Made by a program: the position numbers and the translations under genes
From: Narcine bancroftii
Taxonomy: Eukaryota
Assembly: GCF_036971445.1 (NCBI RefSeq)
Contig: NC_091472.1
Location: forward strand, 240,002,001-240,066,000
Reading direction: 5' to 3'
Length of the DNA: 64,000 bases
In this document: piece by piece, positions 1 to 12,414 of the stretch
Position numbering within the stretch: position 1 is the first letter of the stretch
How the letters are laid out: every line of letters starts with the position of its first letter
The notes under the pieces: model-generated
The model's database searches: none
Told to the model about the DNA's origin: nothing
What the model saw: the letters and a program-made list of their open reading frames with translations, nothing else

Positions 1-1039
1 GCTGGCGCACTGACATTATAGAGTGTATCATCTGCATAAGGATGACTTGGCTACTCCAATAACATCTCCTAAATCCTTGACATCTGCCTCCAAGAAGGCA
101 AGCAGAACCATGGAACCTATAGCAATCCTTCAAGTCATAGATTATCTGGATCTGCTCATCCATCTAGATCCTGATATTTCCTTCTTCGCACCTTCAATGA
201 AAGGGCAGCAGTGGTTCCAGAAGACAGCTCATCATTCACTGGTGAAGGAATACAAAGCAACTGAGTCAGAAATATTGTTGGAATCTACAAAATTCTTGGG
301 ATCAGAAAGGGAACAGAGAATCTGCAGCATAGATTGGGATTGTTCCGCCCACTCTACCCATTCCTGACTCAGTCTATTGCATTCCCTACTCCCTCTTTGT
401 ACAACAGCATTAATTTCTTCTCACTTCTCACTTGCTCATTGAATCTTCCTTTGAAGGTCAATATTGAACCAACTCTTGAAGCAGCTTCCACCCTTCTCTA
501 AAGATTCATGGAAAGGAGCGAGGATGGAATGGCCATATGGCAGGACACAAAAGTGCTTGGGAAGCTCAACAGGTCATGTAGCATCCATGGAAAACAAAAA
601 TCAGTTGATATTTCAGGCCTGAGCCCTTCTTGAGAATCAGGTAGATTGGAATGGGAGAGGGGAAGAGGATGGAAAGCAGTCTGGCAGGTAATATGAGGAT
701 ACAGGTGGAGAGTGGAAAAGAAAGAAACTGAGAGGTGATACAGGGAGGAGGTATAAGGGATGAGAGGATGCTTTCTGTGAGGATGAGGATTGGGTGGGGA
801 GCTAGAGCATAGAGAAGTGAGGGAAAGAGAGACTTGAGCAGGGTATTAATGGAAATTTGAGATTGATATTAATGCATTTTGGTTGGAGACCTGAGATGGA
901 ATATCAGGTTTTCCTCCAATTTAAAAGTGTAGAATTTAAATGGTTGGACGCTGGGAGGACCTTGCCGTTGCAGTGGACAGAGTGAAGATATCAACAAAGC
1001 CATCTCCCAGCCTGCATCCAATCTCCCCATATGACCACA

Positions 1040-1838
1040 AAGCACAGGAGCAGAATTAGCCATACAGCCTATTGAGTATTCCCTCCCATTCCATCATGGC
1101 TGATTTATTTTCTTTTTCAACCCCATTCTCCTGCCTTCTACCTATAACGCTTGATTCCCTTACTAATTAATAACTTTTTTGACCTCTGTCTTAAATACAC
1201 GAAATGACTTGGCCTCCACAGTTGAACAGTAAATTCTGTAAATTCTATAGATTCCATAGATTCACCACCTTCTGGGTAAAAAAAATCTTGCTAATTTCTG
1301 TTCCAAAGGAATGGTTTTGTATTCTGAAATTGTGCCCTCTAGTACCAGTCTCCCGCACCATAGAAAACATTCTCTCCTCATCTACTAGATCCAGTCCTTT
1401 CAGTATTTGATAGGTTTCAATTGTGCCCTCTAGTACCAGTCTCCCGCACCACAGAAAACATTCTCTCCTCATCTACTCAATCCAGTCCTTTCAGTATTTG
1501 ATAGGTTTCAATTGTGCCCTCTAGTACCAGTCTCCCGCACCACAGAAAACATTCTCTCCTCATCTACTAGATCCAGTCCTTTCAGTATTTGATAGGTTTC
1601 AATTGTGCCCTCTAGTACCAGTCTCCCGCACCACAGAAAACATTCTCTCCTCATCTACTCAATCCAGTCCTTTCAGTATTTGATAGGTTTCAGTGAGATC
1701 CCCTCTCATTCTTCTAAACTCTAGAGAGTATGGTCCCAGAGCCATCAAGTATGTTTCATACAATAACCCTTTCACCCAGGGATCATTCAGGTACACCTCC
1801 TCTGTACTGTCTCCATTGTCAACACCTCCTTCCTTCGA
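1040..1838 (-). mobile_element. CR1-type LINE 3' fragment (resumes after 2826)
   Basis: ORF pieces LGPYSLEFRRMRGDLTETYQILKGLD and TRGHNFRI...FFTQKVVNLWNL are the CR1 ORF2 C-terminus. Boundaries approximate. Confidence 0.8.
1328..1691. repeat. Tandem repeat, 4 x 91 bp
   Basis: Unit aattgtgccctctagtaccagtctcccgcacc...gataggtttc starts at 1328, 1419, 1510 and 1601. Confidence 0.95.
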
Positions 1839-2825
1839 TAATTGATGCACTGCATTTGCAAATTCTCAACATTTTTAAATGGCTTCCATGCTATTTTCTC
1901 TGACCTCACTTTTGACAAACCTAAGTCCCTAACCAGGTCATTTAATTTTGGCTGTGTTATCAGATGAGGATAACCAAGCATAAACAGTTCAACATCTAGA
2001 TCAGTGTCATTTTTCATATCTGGTTCGTACATTGTGGCATCTTCATCTGCTTCATCGAGGCTCCATGTCTCTGGTGGCTTCGGAACTGGCAAACTGTTGT
2101 CATGTGGCACTGGTCCAATGGGTGAATTCAGATTGGGGTATTCAATTATTTTCTTATTTTTAGCAGAGGTCACACAGAAGTAATGGTCCTTCACGTGATT
2201 CTTCCGTTTTTGCCGTATCAATGGGACTGCAAATGGCATTGACTTCCAAGTAGCTCTGAGCCAAGCTTTCAGGCTGACTACACATGCTGCACATGTGAGG
2301 AGCCCAGTGTTTGTCCTGGTCACCAATTTTAAAACCATAATAGAGCTCAGAGGCTTTCTTAATAAGTGCCATCATGTGGCATCTTTGGCCTTAAGTGTAT
2401 ACTCACCACAAATGTAACAGAACATATTACAGCTGTGGCAGCATTGGTGTGTCAGTTCTGCTGTATTGAATCTTCCTTGAAGACAATAAATGCTATTGTT
2501 AAGTAGGCTCACTATACTAAAGAACATGTGCATCAACAAGTGTTCAATCTATACCAATATAATGCACAACATCTGTATATGTGAGATGCTTTTATTGCCT
2601 GATTAAACATGCTCAGGACAAAGACAACATTTGCTTAGCATCTGCATTGAGTGCATATCCAGGCATGCTTGGACTGACCAAAACAGCTTGCTTTATGGGC
2701 AATATATTAGTAGATTTAAAATCTATGTGATAGGAAATTTTTAAGGTGAGTTTTGCGATCAGCAGCCAAAAATCCATAAAATATACCCAAAAGTGTTCAG
2801 GAAACAAAATCTCAATTGTTCAGTG
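1839..2825 (-). mobile_element. Chapaev3-like (CMC) DNA transposon relic, internally deleted
   Basis: Frameshifted transposase motifs FCYICGEYT, GDQDKHWAPHMC, MPFAVP..NHVKDHYFC, IEYPNL..PVPH, PHLITQPKLNDLVRDLGLSK; 5' terminus CACTGAACAA at 2825 (-). Family assigned from memory of these motifs. Confidence 0.7.
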
Positions 2826-3199
2826 TAGCGGGCCCAAAAATGCTTACAATATTCTGACTAATGCCTTATAAACCCTCAGCATTATATCCCACTTTTATTT
2901 TCTATCCTTCTTTAAATGAATACAAACATTGCATTTTCATTCCTTACCATCGACTTTACCTGCAAATAAACGTTTGATGAATCTTGCATGAGGACCCCAA
3001 AGTCCCTCTGCCCCTTTGATTTCTGAAATTTCCCATTTAGAAAATAACCTATACCTTTTTTTCCGAAGTCAAGGTTCATGATCAGGCAGATCTCTACACT
3101 ATATTACATTTGCAGTTTCCTTGCCCAACCTCCTCACTTGATTATTTCCTTCTGCAGACTCAGTGTTTTTAACACTAAATGCCCCTTCTCCAATCGTTG

Positions 3200-3870
3200 T
3201 ATCATTTCTAACATCAAGGAAACTACATCATGAGCACCAGATGGAGTATATACTCCTACAGATTCACAGCTAAGTGTTGCTTCACTTGGATGGGCTGTTT
3301 GGGGCCCTGAATGGTAGTGAGTGAGGAGGTGTGAATGCAAGTGTAATGAGTGGATGAGGAAGTCATGGGGAGAGTGATCCCCAGGGAAAGTGGATGGCAG
3401 GGTAAGTTGTGTCCCATTGTAGGTAGCAGAAAATTGCAGAGAATATGTTGGATGGGGAGGCTGGTGTGGATGGTAGGTAAGGAGGACCAGAGGAAAGGGG
3501 CCAGTGCAGATGTATGGGAAATGGAGGAGAAGCGGGCGAGAGCTGAGTTAATGTAAGTAGAAGGGAAGCCACATTTTCTGAAGAAGGAGAACATCTCAGA
3601 TGCCTTGGAACGGAAAGCCTCAACCTAGTAACAGATGCAGCGGAGACAGGGGAAATGAGAGAAAGGAATGGAATTCTTTTAGGAGACAGGGTGTGAAAAG
3701 GTGTAGTCAAGGAAATTGTGGGAGTCAGTGAATAGAATAGAAAAGTGTCTGTAGAGAGACAATATCTGTAGATAGTTAGTCTCACTTTTGGAGACAGAGA
3801 TATTGAGAAAGGGGAGAGAGTTATAGAAGATGGACCAAGTGAATTTGAAGGCAGGTGAAACTCCATTTGA
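3200..3870 (-). mobile_element. Penelope-like retroelement fragment
   Basis: Decayed translations YTFSHPVS, FFRKCGFPSTYINSAL, IQGPKQPIQVKQH resemble the region between RT and GIY-YIG. Boundaries approximate. Confidence 0.6.
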
Positions 3871-3963
3871 TTTCACATAATCAGATTATGTGAAACAAAG
3901 ATCCCCTTTGCATACCTTGGTAGAAATATGAAAATGGTCCTGTTTTGTATCCTGGGATGAAGC

Positions 3964-4203
3964 TATAGAGCTCGTCGAAAGAACCAAAGACTTGTTGATC
4001 CAAACCAAAGCTTTTATTAGCAAAAGACTGGAGCTCTTCACAGGTGGCCGACCAGTCCGGAATGATCTGACCTGGCTAGGGACACAACCCTTTAAGGCCC
4101 AGACAATAGGTGTGGCTTAGCTCTCAGCCAATCGCCGTAAGCACAGTCTAGATACAGTAACTATATACACTATGTACATTGGTGATAGATCTGTACTATC
4201 ACA
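3964..4203 (-). mobile_element. Solo LTR, 240 bp (family A)
   Basis: TGTGATAG...GAGCTCTA(T)A on - strand; perfect 5-bp TSD GAAGC at 3959-3963 and 4204-4208; internal AATAAA. Confidence 0.88.
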
Positions 4204-4684
4204 GAAGCAAAATTGAATTAAGGAGTGAAGTTCAAAAGAAAACCCTTTATACTCTAAAGCAATAACATGATCAAGGCAAACATATGTTTACTTGGTCCAA
4301 CTAAGAAATAATCAGGAGGGTAAGGAGGTGGGGCAGTGCCCTTAAGGAAAGATGAGAGCGATAAGGCGCAGAATGTTGAATCCATCCTGTTAGAGATAAG
4401 GAAGGGTGAATGAAATAAAAATCACTGCTGGGATTTGTCTATAGGCCACCAAATAGTAACATTAGAGTGGCACAAGCAACAAATTAAGAAATATATGATC
4501 CATGTAAAAACGGGACTGCAGTTGTCAACTTGCACAGAGATTGGGTGAATTAAATTGCTCCGGGCAGCCTAAGGGGGCCTTTAGAGAATGCATCCATGAA
4601 CAGCATGTCATTCAACCTACAAGGAAAATGCTATCTTAGATCTGGCCCTGTGCAATGAGGCAGGTAAAATTAATGATCTTATAC

Positions 4685-5000
4685 ATAGAACATTAAACCT
4701 AGAACATTATAGCATAGTACAGGCCCTTCAGCTCATGACGATGTGCTTACTTATGTAAACCTATACAACAATCTAATTTTTCCCCACCTCACAGCCATAA
4801 CCCTCTATTTTTCTTGCATCCATCTGCCTATCTAAGAATGTTTTGAATGCCCCTGCTGTACCAGCGTCCGTCACCACACCTGGCAATACATTCCAGGCAT
4901 CCACCACTCTCTGAGTAAAAAACTTACCTTCGACATCTCCCCTAAATTTTCCTCCATTCACCTTACACAGACATCCTCTTGTGTTTGCTATTGTCCCCCC
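4685..5000 (-). mobile_element. CR1 LINE 3' end fragment
   Basis: ORF 4773-4961 KFRGDVEGKFFTQRVVDAWNVLP...EGYG; tagaaca-type tail. Confidence 0.75.
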
Positions 5001-5115
5001 CCCACCCCCAGCAAAAATGTGTAGTTAGGGATTCTCATAGAAAGAGTGATCACAGTATGAATGAATTTTTCATACATATTCAGGCTGCAATAGTTTAATC
5101 TAAAACCTGTACATC

Positions 5116-5556
5116 TTTCTTTCTTTGGCTTGGCTTCGCGGACGAAGATTTATGGAGGGGTAATGTCCACGTCAGCTGCAGGCTCGTTTGTGGCTGACAA
5201 GTCCGATGCGGGACATGCAGACACGGTTGCAGCGTTTGCAAGGGAAAATTGGTTGGTTGGGGTTGGGTGTTGGGTTTTTCCTCCTTTGTTTTTTGTCAGT
5301 GAGGTGGGCTCTGCGGTCTTCTTCAAAGGAGGTTGCTGCCGCCGAACTGTGAGGCGCCAAGATGCATGGTTTGAGGCAATATCAGCCCACTGGCAGTGGT
5401 CAATGTGGCAGGCACCAAGAGATTTCTTTAGGCAGTCCTTGTACCTCTTTTTTGGTGCACCTCTGTCTCGGTGGCCAGTGGAGAGCTCGCCATATAACAT
5501 GATCTTGGGAAGGCGATGGTCCTCCATTCTGGAGACGTGACCTACCCAGCGCAGTT
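5116..5556 (-). mobile_element. RTE-clade LINE 3' end
   Basis: RMEDHRLPKIMLYGELSTGHRDRGAPKKRYKDCLK and C-terminal FPCKRCNRVCMSRIGLVSHKRAC zinc finger; short (AAG)-rich tail. Confidence 0.85.
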
Positions 5557-6786
5557 TAAATAAGAGAGACTACAATGGGATAAAGGGAGAAGATGGTGAG
5601 AGTAGACTGGGAATGCAGACTATATGGAGATACAGTTGAGGAACAGCAGAAGATTTTCAAAGAGATGTTTCACGGTGCTCAATAAAAGTATATTCCAGTT
5701 AAAAACAAGGTCAGTAAGGGCGGGGAACATTCAGTCTTAGATAATCTTGAAAATAAAGGAAAGCTTCAAACTAAAACTCATGTGTGCAATGTCACCAAGA
5801 ATAGTAGGAAACTGGAAGATTGGGAGAAGTTTAAAAAGCATTAAAAAAAAGCATTACGCAGGCATTAAAGAAAGAGAAGATAGATTGTGAAACAAAACTG
5901 GCTCAAAATATGAAATCAATAAACATTTTCATCAACATTTAAAGTAGAAATGGGTGACTAAAGTGAATATACAGTAGTTTCTCTGGGAGTTGAGAAATGG
6001 GAATTAATATTGGATAATGTGGTAATGGATGAAGTTTTGAATGATTATTTTGTATCAGTCTTCACGGTGGAAGTAGGAAACTGGAAGATTGCCAAAGAGA
6101 GATGTTATGGATGCAATGGGAGATGAGAACATCGATACAATCAATAGCAGTAAAGAGATAGTTCTGAGTAAATTAGTGGGGCTAAAAGTAGATAAATCCC
6201 CTGTTCCTGATGGAATGCATCCGAGGAAAGAAATGATGGAAATTATAGTGGAGGCGTTTAATAGTTTACATCTTAAATCTTCAAGTTGTGATAATAATCC
6301 ATGAATGGGCCCACATCTTATCAACTTCAAACTTTACATCTTTGATGTAATAATTAATTTTTTCCCAAACTTAAATAAAACAGAATATCATGTAACCATT
6401 GGATATGAGTGGGTGAAGAATTATCTTTCCATTACATCAGAATTGCTCATCTAGCTATCAGCAAGGTAAAAGCATTGATTTTATTTTGGGTTGAAGTCAA
6501 GGATATATCCTCTTCTTGACAAAAACCAAATACTACCAGATAGTCTCTTCCTAATACTACTTGCCTTCCCTCTCCTTTCTCTGTCATGATGCATATTTCA
6601 ACCTAAACTTCTGCTTCTCATTTCCCTCCACAGACGCTGCTTGTCTGGCAGTTTGTTCTTTTGCATTTGATTCCAGCATGAACAGCTTCATTGTGTCTAC
6701 ATTCCCCTATATTTTTCTACATAAAACCCTGTTATTTTGATTCATTTGAACATAGGCCTTGACTGCGGTGCATCTTGACTACAGTT

Positions 6787-7032
6787 CGGGTGGCGTGGTT
6801 GGCGTAGCAGTTAGCGCAATGCCGTTAGACCAATTGGGTCGGGGTTCCAATCATGTGCTGTCTGTAAGGACTTTGTAAGCTCTACTCGCATCTAGGTGGG
6901 TTTTCCCCAGGTGTTCTGGTTTCCTCCCACCATTCAAAATGCACTGGGGTTGTAGGTTAATTGGGTGTAATTGGGCTTATGGATTAAAATGGCCTGTTAC
7001 CGTGCAGTATGTCTAAATTTATTTAAAAAAAA
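6787..7032 (+). mobile_element. tRNA-derived SINE (fish V-SINE-like)
   Basis: A-box/B-box-like head (ggcgtagcagttagcgc...ggttccaatc), core gctgtctgtaagga..ggtttcctcccac, A/T tail; relatives at 53477-53760 and 63570-63820. Confidence 0.65.
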
Positions 7033-9164
7033 TCTCCGTTATGATAATCTTTAATTCCCAACATATCACCTCTAATACTCTGTAGTCAACAAACTGACCC
7101 AAGACCAATTCCGAAAACCCCATCCTGATTTTATGTAAGCTCTATAGGGTCATCCTTCAGCCTCCTATATGTTAGGGATAAAGGCCCCATCCTATCCACT
7201 CTAATATGGGTGAGGAGTTTGCCAAACAAGCTTTCTCAGCGCCCCCCCCCCCCCCGCGTCCTTTAATGCTCAGCAAGTATGATTCCGATTTAATTTCAAT
7301 TACTGAGTTTATTACAAATTGATCATTTAATTCCAGTGTAATCTGCTAATATAGTCAGCAAGCAGTGGAATTGAAAGAGATGTCAAGTGATGGTTGCTGA
7401 GATTGGTTGGAGTTATGGTGTTGTGAGCATGGGACAGCAGAATGCAAAGCTTTATCCTGCATTTATCCAGTGCTTCATTAGCATGAGTGCTTGTTAAAGC
7501 CTGAATCAAGATTTTCCTTTCTTTTCAAGAGATGCCTACCCTGAAGAAAGTCTCTTCTCTTCAAAGGGATTCTGTGAGAGCCTCTCTCACTGCTTCCCTC
7601 TGTTATCCCTGCTGATCTCAAGCTCTGCAACCATGTGATCACCCAGATTTGCTTCCACAGCCAAATGTCCTTCTTGGCTACGATTCCACTCAAAATGCTG
7701 TCAGCTGATTCAAATCTAACACACACATGTTGCTCTTTTTAAAGAAAACCAGTACTGATTTATTATTGGCCTGTCTTTGAAACTATGTCCTATTCAACAG
7801 GCAGTTTGTCAATGTTCACTGCAATTACCTGATAAATCATTTACTGAAAACCACCTTCTATTATTATCAGTACTTGAGAAGATAGAAGGCAGAAGGAAAA
7901 TTGATATATCTCCAGTAATATTGTAACTTTAACAATTGTAGCATATGCAAAGATACTTAACAAAACTGTTTTTTTTCTGTGTTGTAATATGGGAGCCTCA
8001 TATTTAGAGTAATGTCAAAAATTTTGATTAAAATACAGTCCAACAATGTTCACTGAGAAATTTTTGTTCTGATATTTTTAATGCCTTTTACTGTCTCACA
8101 AAGTAATCTTTCTGAATACCAAAAGAAAGATTTTTTTAAAAAGCTGAAAAGGTTTTGCAATTTAAGCTAACATATTTTCTTGGAGAATTGAAATGTGAGA
8201 GAATTATGGATAATTAATTCATTTGTGACAAAAGGAGTTTCTTTTGTCCTGACTCTAATAGTCAAATACCCTTCCCTAAACTGTATGCAGAAGGCCAAAT
8301 TCCTCAGACTTTCAGTGAATCCAGCTGAAAGGTGAGGAAGTAATTGGGCCTTAGATATTGTGATCTCCAGTGGGAATTCAAATGTATCTAAATATCCCAC
8401 ATTCTGTGCAAACATTATCTTGGTGCCCACTAATTGATAACGGCCTCCACATCAATTATGAAAATCATGTCCTTTCTACCCAATTATTCTTTGCCTCACC
8501 AATCTATAAAACCCCTTTGGCACTCCCAATCCCTCCAACCCCTTTGACTCTCTCAATCCATTTAAACCTCTTTTTTACCCAATACTTCTGAGACACTTTT
8601 CCTCCAATGTTAGCATCTTCCTAAATTCCCTAAATCTTGGAATCTTCTCCCTCAACCACTTGAGCTCAAATTCTCTTGATTAAACTCGTTCATAAAACCC
8701 ATGATTTGACTAAGTTTTGGCCATCTGTAGTTTAGCATCAGATTCTCTTTGATAACACCCATGTAAGTTGGAACTTTTTCCTAATGTTAATAGTGCCATA
8801 TAAATTCAAGTTATTGTTACTATGGAATAAAAAATGCAAGGATTGAGGTCCACGTAAAAAGAATTAACCTGAGCAGGTTCAGGCTAGGGAGAGGAGACCT
8901 GTTAGTCTTGACCAAAAAAGATGACCACACAAACAGCAGGAAAATCAGCAGTAGATAGATCAGATGTGAACGCTCTAATGACCCAAACATATTTTGTTTC
9001 TTTGATTACAGATTATAGTGAGAACATTGAGGCAAAACATTCTACAGACCACCAGAAATGCCTCCAATAATTAGACTTTTCTTAAAAAGACAAAAGAAAG
9101 TGATAGATTAAAGAGATGCTTTATTATGGAGATAAATTAACATGTTCATGCTTTACAATGCAGA

Positions 9165-9440
9165 TTAGAAATCCTTCATGCGCCTAAAGGACCCGATGGT
9201 GGAGTTGTAGCCGCCCCAGTCACTGTATCTCCTGTATTCACCGGGTCTCAGGAAGTACTGACGGCCTCTGTAGTTGGGCTGCTCGTAGAAGATCCAGTGC
9301 CCATCAGTCACTTGGCAGGAGTGGATGTCACGGTAACGGAAACGATCGTAGACAGAGGGACAGTCGTCCATGAATTCCATCATCTGCCCTCCAAAGTCAG
9401 GCCTCTCGTAAATCTTCATCCTGTAGTTTGCACCTCGCAT
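9165..9440 (-). CDS. Gamma-crystallin gene 1 exon 3
   Basis: Acceptor ttacag|ATGCGA; 276 nt ending in TAA; Greek keys 3-4. Confidence 0.95.
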   Translation of the reverse strand: MRGANYRMKIYERPDFGGQMMEFMDDCPSVYDRFRYRDIHSCQVTDGHWIFYEQPNYRGRQYFLRPGEYRRYSDWGGYNSTIGSFRRMKDF

Positions 9441-10959
9441 CTGTAACAGAAGGATGGTCATAATTGGGAGTGAAGCAAATGCACATTTGGTTTATGTTGA
9501 GAAAACACTCAATAAGAATGGGATTAACCCAGAGACTAGTTGAAGTCATATAGGGACAGGTAGAAATGCTGAGATAATGTGCTGAGTGTGGTGATGATGT
9601 CAGGTTTGTCCAAAATCAAATGTTTCTTTGCAATTTTATTTGTAATGAAATTTTATACATTAATAATTAATAAATTAATACAGGATGAGTTATACAGGGG
9701 TAACAACAGCAAATGGATCAAAGCTAAAGCAATTTATCAGTTAATCCTATTCATTACATTAAGGCTTGTTACCAATGAGAAGTGAAATGTGTGTAATGGT
9801 GCACAGATAAAATGCTTCATATTTCAAAAACAGATTTATAAGCAATATCTATTTAATATTCAAATCAAAGGTCTTCACACAATCTCATTGTGATTCATGT
9901 GATACTTTGATTTACCCATGTACATGAACAGATTTCATCAACTCATCAGGGTTTCTAATTCTCAGTGTAAATTATTAATCAGTATTATATTTCAGCTGTT
10001 AGATAAAAAAAGATATATTGATGGACCAAACACAATGAGAATCGACAGCAAGGATTATCAATGATGAACTCATTTACAAGAATTAGTATCATAGAATCAC
10101 AGAAAATAGATGTGGGAGTAGGTCATTCAGCCCCAAGTCTGCACAACCATTCAGTACGATCATGGCTGATTATATGAACCTGTCCCTACTTTCTCTCAAT
10201 GCCCCTTGATTCCTTTAGCCATCAGGCCTGGAGCCAACTCCCTTTTGAATATATCTGACAACTGGCCTTAATGAGTTTCTGTGGAAGGGAGTACCGCAAG
10301 TTCACAACTCTCTGAGTGAAGAAGTTTTTCCTCATCTGTCCTAAATGGTTTACCCCTTATCCTTAGAGTTTGACACCTTGCTCTGGACTTCTCCAACACT
10401 GCGAACGTTCTTCCTGCATCTACTTGTCTAGTTCAGTCAGAATGTTATATGTTTCAATGTGATCTCCTCTCATTTTTCCCTAGTCTTTCTTGACATGCCA
10501 GTTCTGCCATCCCAGGAATCGATCTAGTGAACCTTTACTGCACTCCCTCAATACGGAATACTTTATAATCAATAGAGAAAGTATGGAATATAACTAATCA
10601 AATTGTGACTCACGTAAGGGTAGCTGCGGCAGGACTTGACGCAGTCGTTGAACCCCATCCAGCGCTGGTAGTCAGGATACTCGCCCCTGCTCAGGACATA
10701 CTGGTACCCCGCGTAGTTGGGCCTCTCGTACAGCACCCACCAGTCACTCTCCACTCGGATGGAGTTACAGCGGCTGAAGTAAGGGGACAGGTCGGCGCAG
10801 TCGGAGCTGCACTCGTGGTGCCGGCCCTGGAAGTTCCTGTCCTCGTAAAAGATGATCTGTGGAAAGATCAGATCTATAAATTAATTGATGCTCAGACAAG
10901 AAGATATGCGATGTAAAGTGCTAGCATGTATAAAACGGAGCTGTCCTTGCCTTTCCCAT
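9165..10959 (-). CDS. Gamma-crystallin gene 1 (shark gamma-S1-like), join(10951..10959,10614..10856,9165..9440), 175 aa
   Basis: Spliced product [107 protein letters not shown]...GSFRRMKDF*. It has four beta/gamma-crystallin Greek-key motifs, phase-0 introns and classic 9/243/276-nt exons. Intron 1 is GC-AG, intron 2 GT-AG. AATAAA at 9120-9125 (-). Confidence 0.93.
10090..10560 (-). mobile_element. CR1 LINE 3' fragment in gene 1 intron 2
   Basis: acaactctctgagtgaagaagtttttcctcatc (FFTQRVV on - strand) plus CR1-type 3' UTR. Confidence 0.65.
10614..10856 (-). CDS. Gamma-crystallin gene 1 exon 2
   Basis: Acceptor ccacag|ATCATC, donor TAC|gtgagt; 243 nt; Greek keys 1-2. Confidence 0.95.
10951..10959 (-). 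CDS. Gamma-crystallin gene 1 exon 1 coding part (MGK)
   Basis: ctcaaaATGGGAAAG|gcaagg, about 60 nt downstream of the TATA box; same layout as genes 3 and 4. Confidence 0.85.
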
Positions 10960-11016
10960 TTTGAGTTCCGTTAGCTTCGTAACTAACTGAATGTTTTACT
11001 GCTTCACATAGCCTGG

Positions 11017-11095
11017 TATTTATATACTGGGACAAAAATGGCTTTTGTGGGTTATTCTTTTGTCATGACAATGAATCACATCTGAAATATCAGCA
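11017..11095 (-). promoter_or_regulatory. Gene 1 proximal promoter: Maf half-site, CATT-N6-ACAAA element, TATA box
   Basis: On - strand: T-run+TGCTGA (11090-11095), CATTGTCATGACAAAA starting at 11073, TATATAAATA (11017-11026). Confidence 0.7.
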
Positions 11096-11823
11096 AAAAA
11101 AAACAAAATAAAACACAGATTGCAATTTACGAAAGAAAACCACTCGAAAAACTCCTAATGCGTCACCGATTCTTCCAGTTTTGTTTTCCTGTCACTTTAA
11201 TTTGTAATTGGAACAAAGCATTTCTGGGACACACGCCGCTCCAAACCATGCAAATCTGTGCATATTGCTTGGTGGTACACTTTTCCAATCTAGATGATGA
11301 CATGCTTCACTTTTGCAGATTAGTTTATTTATAAACTAGTATACAAGTTTGTGTGTAATAGTAGGGTTAATTTCGGGATTGTGTGGGTGCAAAAAAATAT
11401 GGGATTTGCAGATTAATTGGTGTATTTGAGCAGTGTGGGCTCGTAGCCCAGAAGGGTCTGTTACCTTTCTGTATCTTGAAATTAAAAATTTTAAAAGTTT
11501 CTGGTGACATTGGCCACGATGAACGATTGTTCTAAATAAACTGGGAAAAAGGTGAAGAAACATCGTCCTTGTGCCTTGTGCTTTGCAGAAGTGAGACTGG
11601 TGAACTTCCCAATGTTCTGTTTGACGACTTTGGAGATCATAAAGTACACGTACAAAGCATTCTGCATGAACTTAGTGCTTCTTGAGATAGTTGACTACCT
11701 TGAGAGGGTACGGGGTTAAAAAAAGGGTTTGACATGCTAAAATGAAATTATCTCAATCCATGCTTTTATGTTCTGCTTGAAAGCAAGAGTCAATGGTTGG
11801 TTGGGGTTCTTATTACATTAACA

Positions 11824-12198
11824 CAGTGGTTTTCAACCTTTTTCTTTCCACTCGCATACCATTTTAAGTATTCCCTATGCCATAGGTGCTCTGTGATTAA
11901 TTTTGGATTGCATAAGGTGGTATGTGGGTGGAAAGAAAAAGGTTGAAAACCACTGTTTTAATCCTACCTAATTGACTCGTTATGTGCATGGTTTCATAAT
12001 TCCAAAGGAAATGGGCCAATGACAATTTTTCTCAAGCAAAATATTTCAGTAGCAATAAGGACTGGAGCAGTGATTCTCAACCTTCCCATCCCACTCATAG
12101 ATCACTTTAAGCAATCCTTTACCAATCACAGAGCACTGATGGCATAAGGATTACTTAAAGTGGTATGTGAGTGGAATGAAAAAGGTTGAGAACCATTG
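11824..12198. mobile_element. Composite hAT-type MITE (two MITEs plus spacer)
   Basis: CAGTGGTTTTCAACC...GGTTGAAAACCACTG (11824-11955), about 110-bp spacer, CAGTGATTCTCAACC...GGTTGAGAACCATTG (12068-12198). Confidence 0.8.
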
Positions 12199-12414
12199 CT
12201 TTAGAGCAGGATTTATAGATACTTCATAGCATGTGAAGATGGTCATTAGGGATAATGACAGGAGTGAGTTGCCAGATAGTAGAAACAGAATGGATAAGTG
12301 GGAAGGAAGTCGCTGATAGTTTGTAAGGAATTCTCTAAAATGTAATTAACAGGTTTCTCATGGTTTTGGCCTGAATGGTAAAATGTCCAGCTCTAGAGAG
12401 TGTTGTAAAGCAGA

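Noticed and set aside
23-367. 114-aa ORF at the window start
   Set aside because: No recognisable domain or gene structure; probably decayed repeat or chance ORF.
1328-1691. Regular repeats as a CRISPR-like array
   Set aside because: No unique spacers, the unit is CR1 coding sequence, and the context is eukaryotic.
6787-6860. tRNA-like sequence (also about 53480 and 63575)
   Set aside because: Degenerate SINE heads followed by SINE core and tail; no complete cloverleaf.
10605-10916. Antisense ORFs over crystallin exons (also 16120-16470, 31760-32104, 33356-33649, 45816-46016)
   Set aside because: Shadow frames expected from the codon usage of the sense exons; they add nothing beyond the exon and show no independent gene signals.
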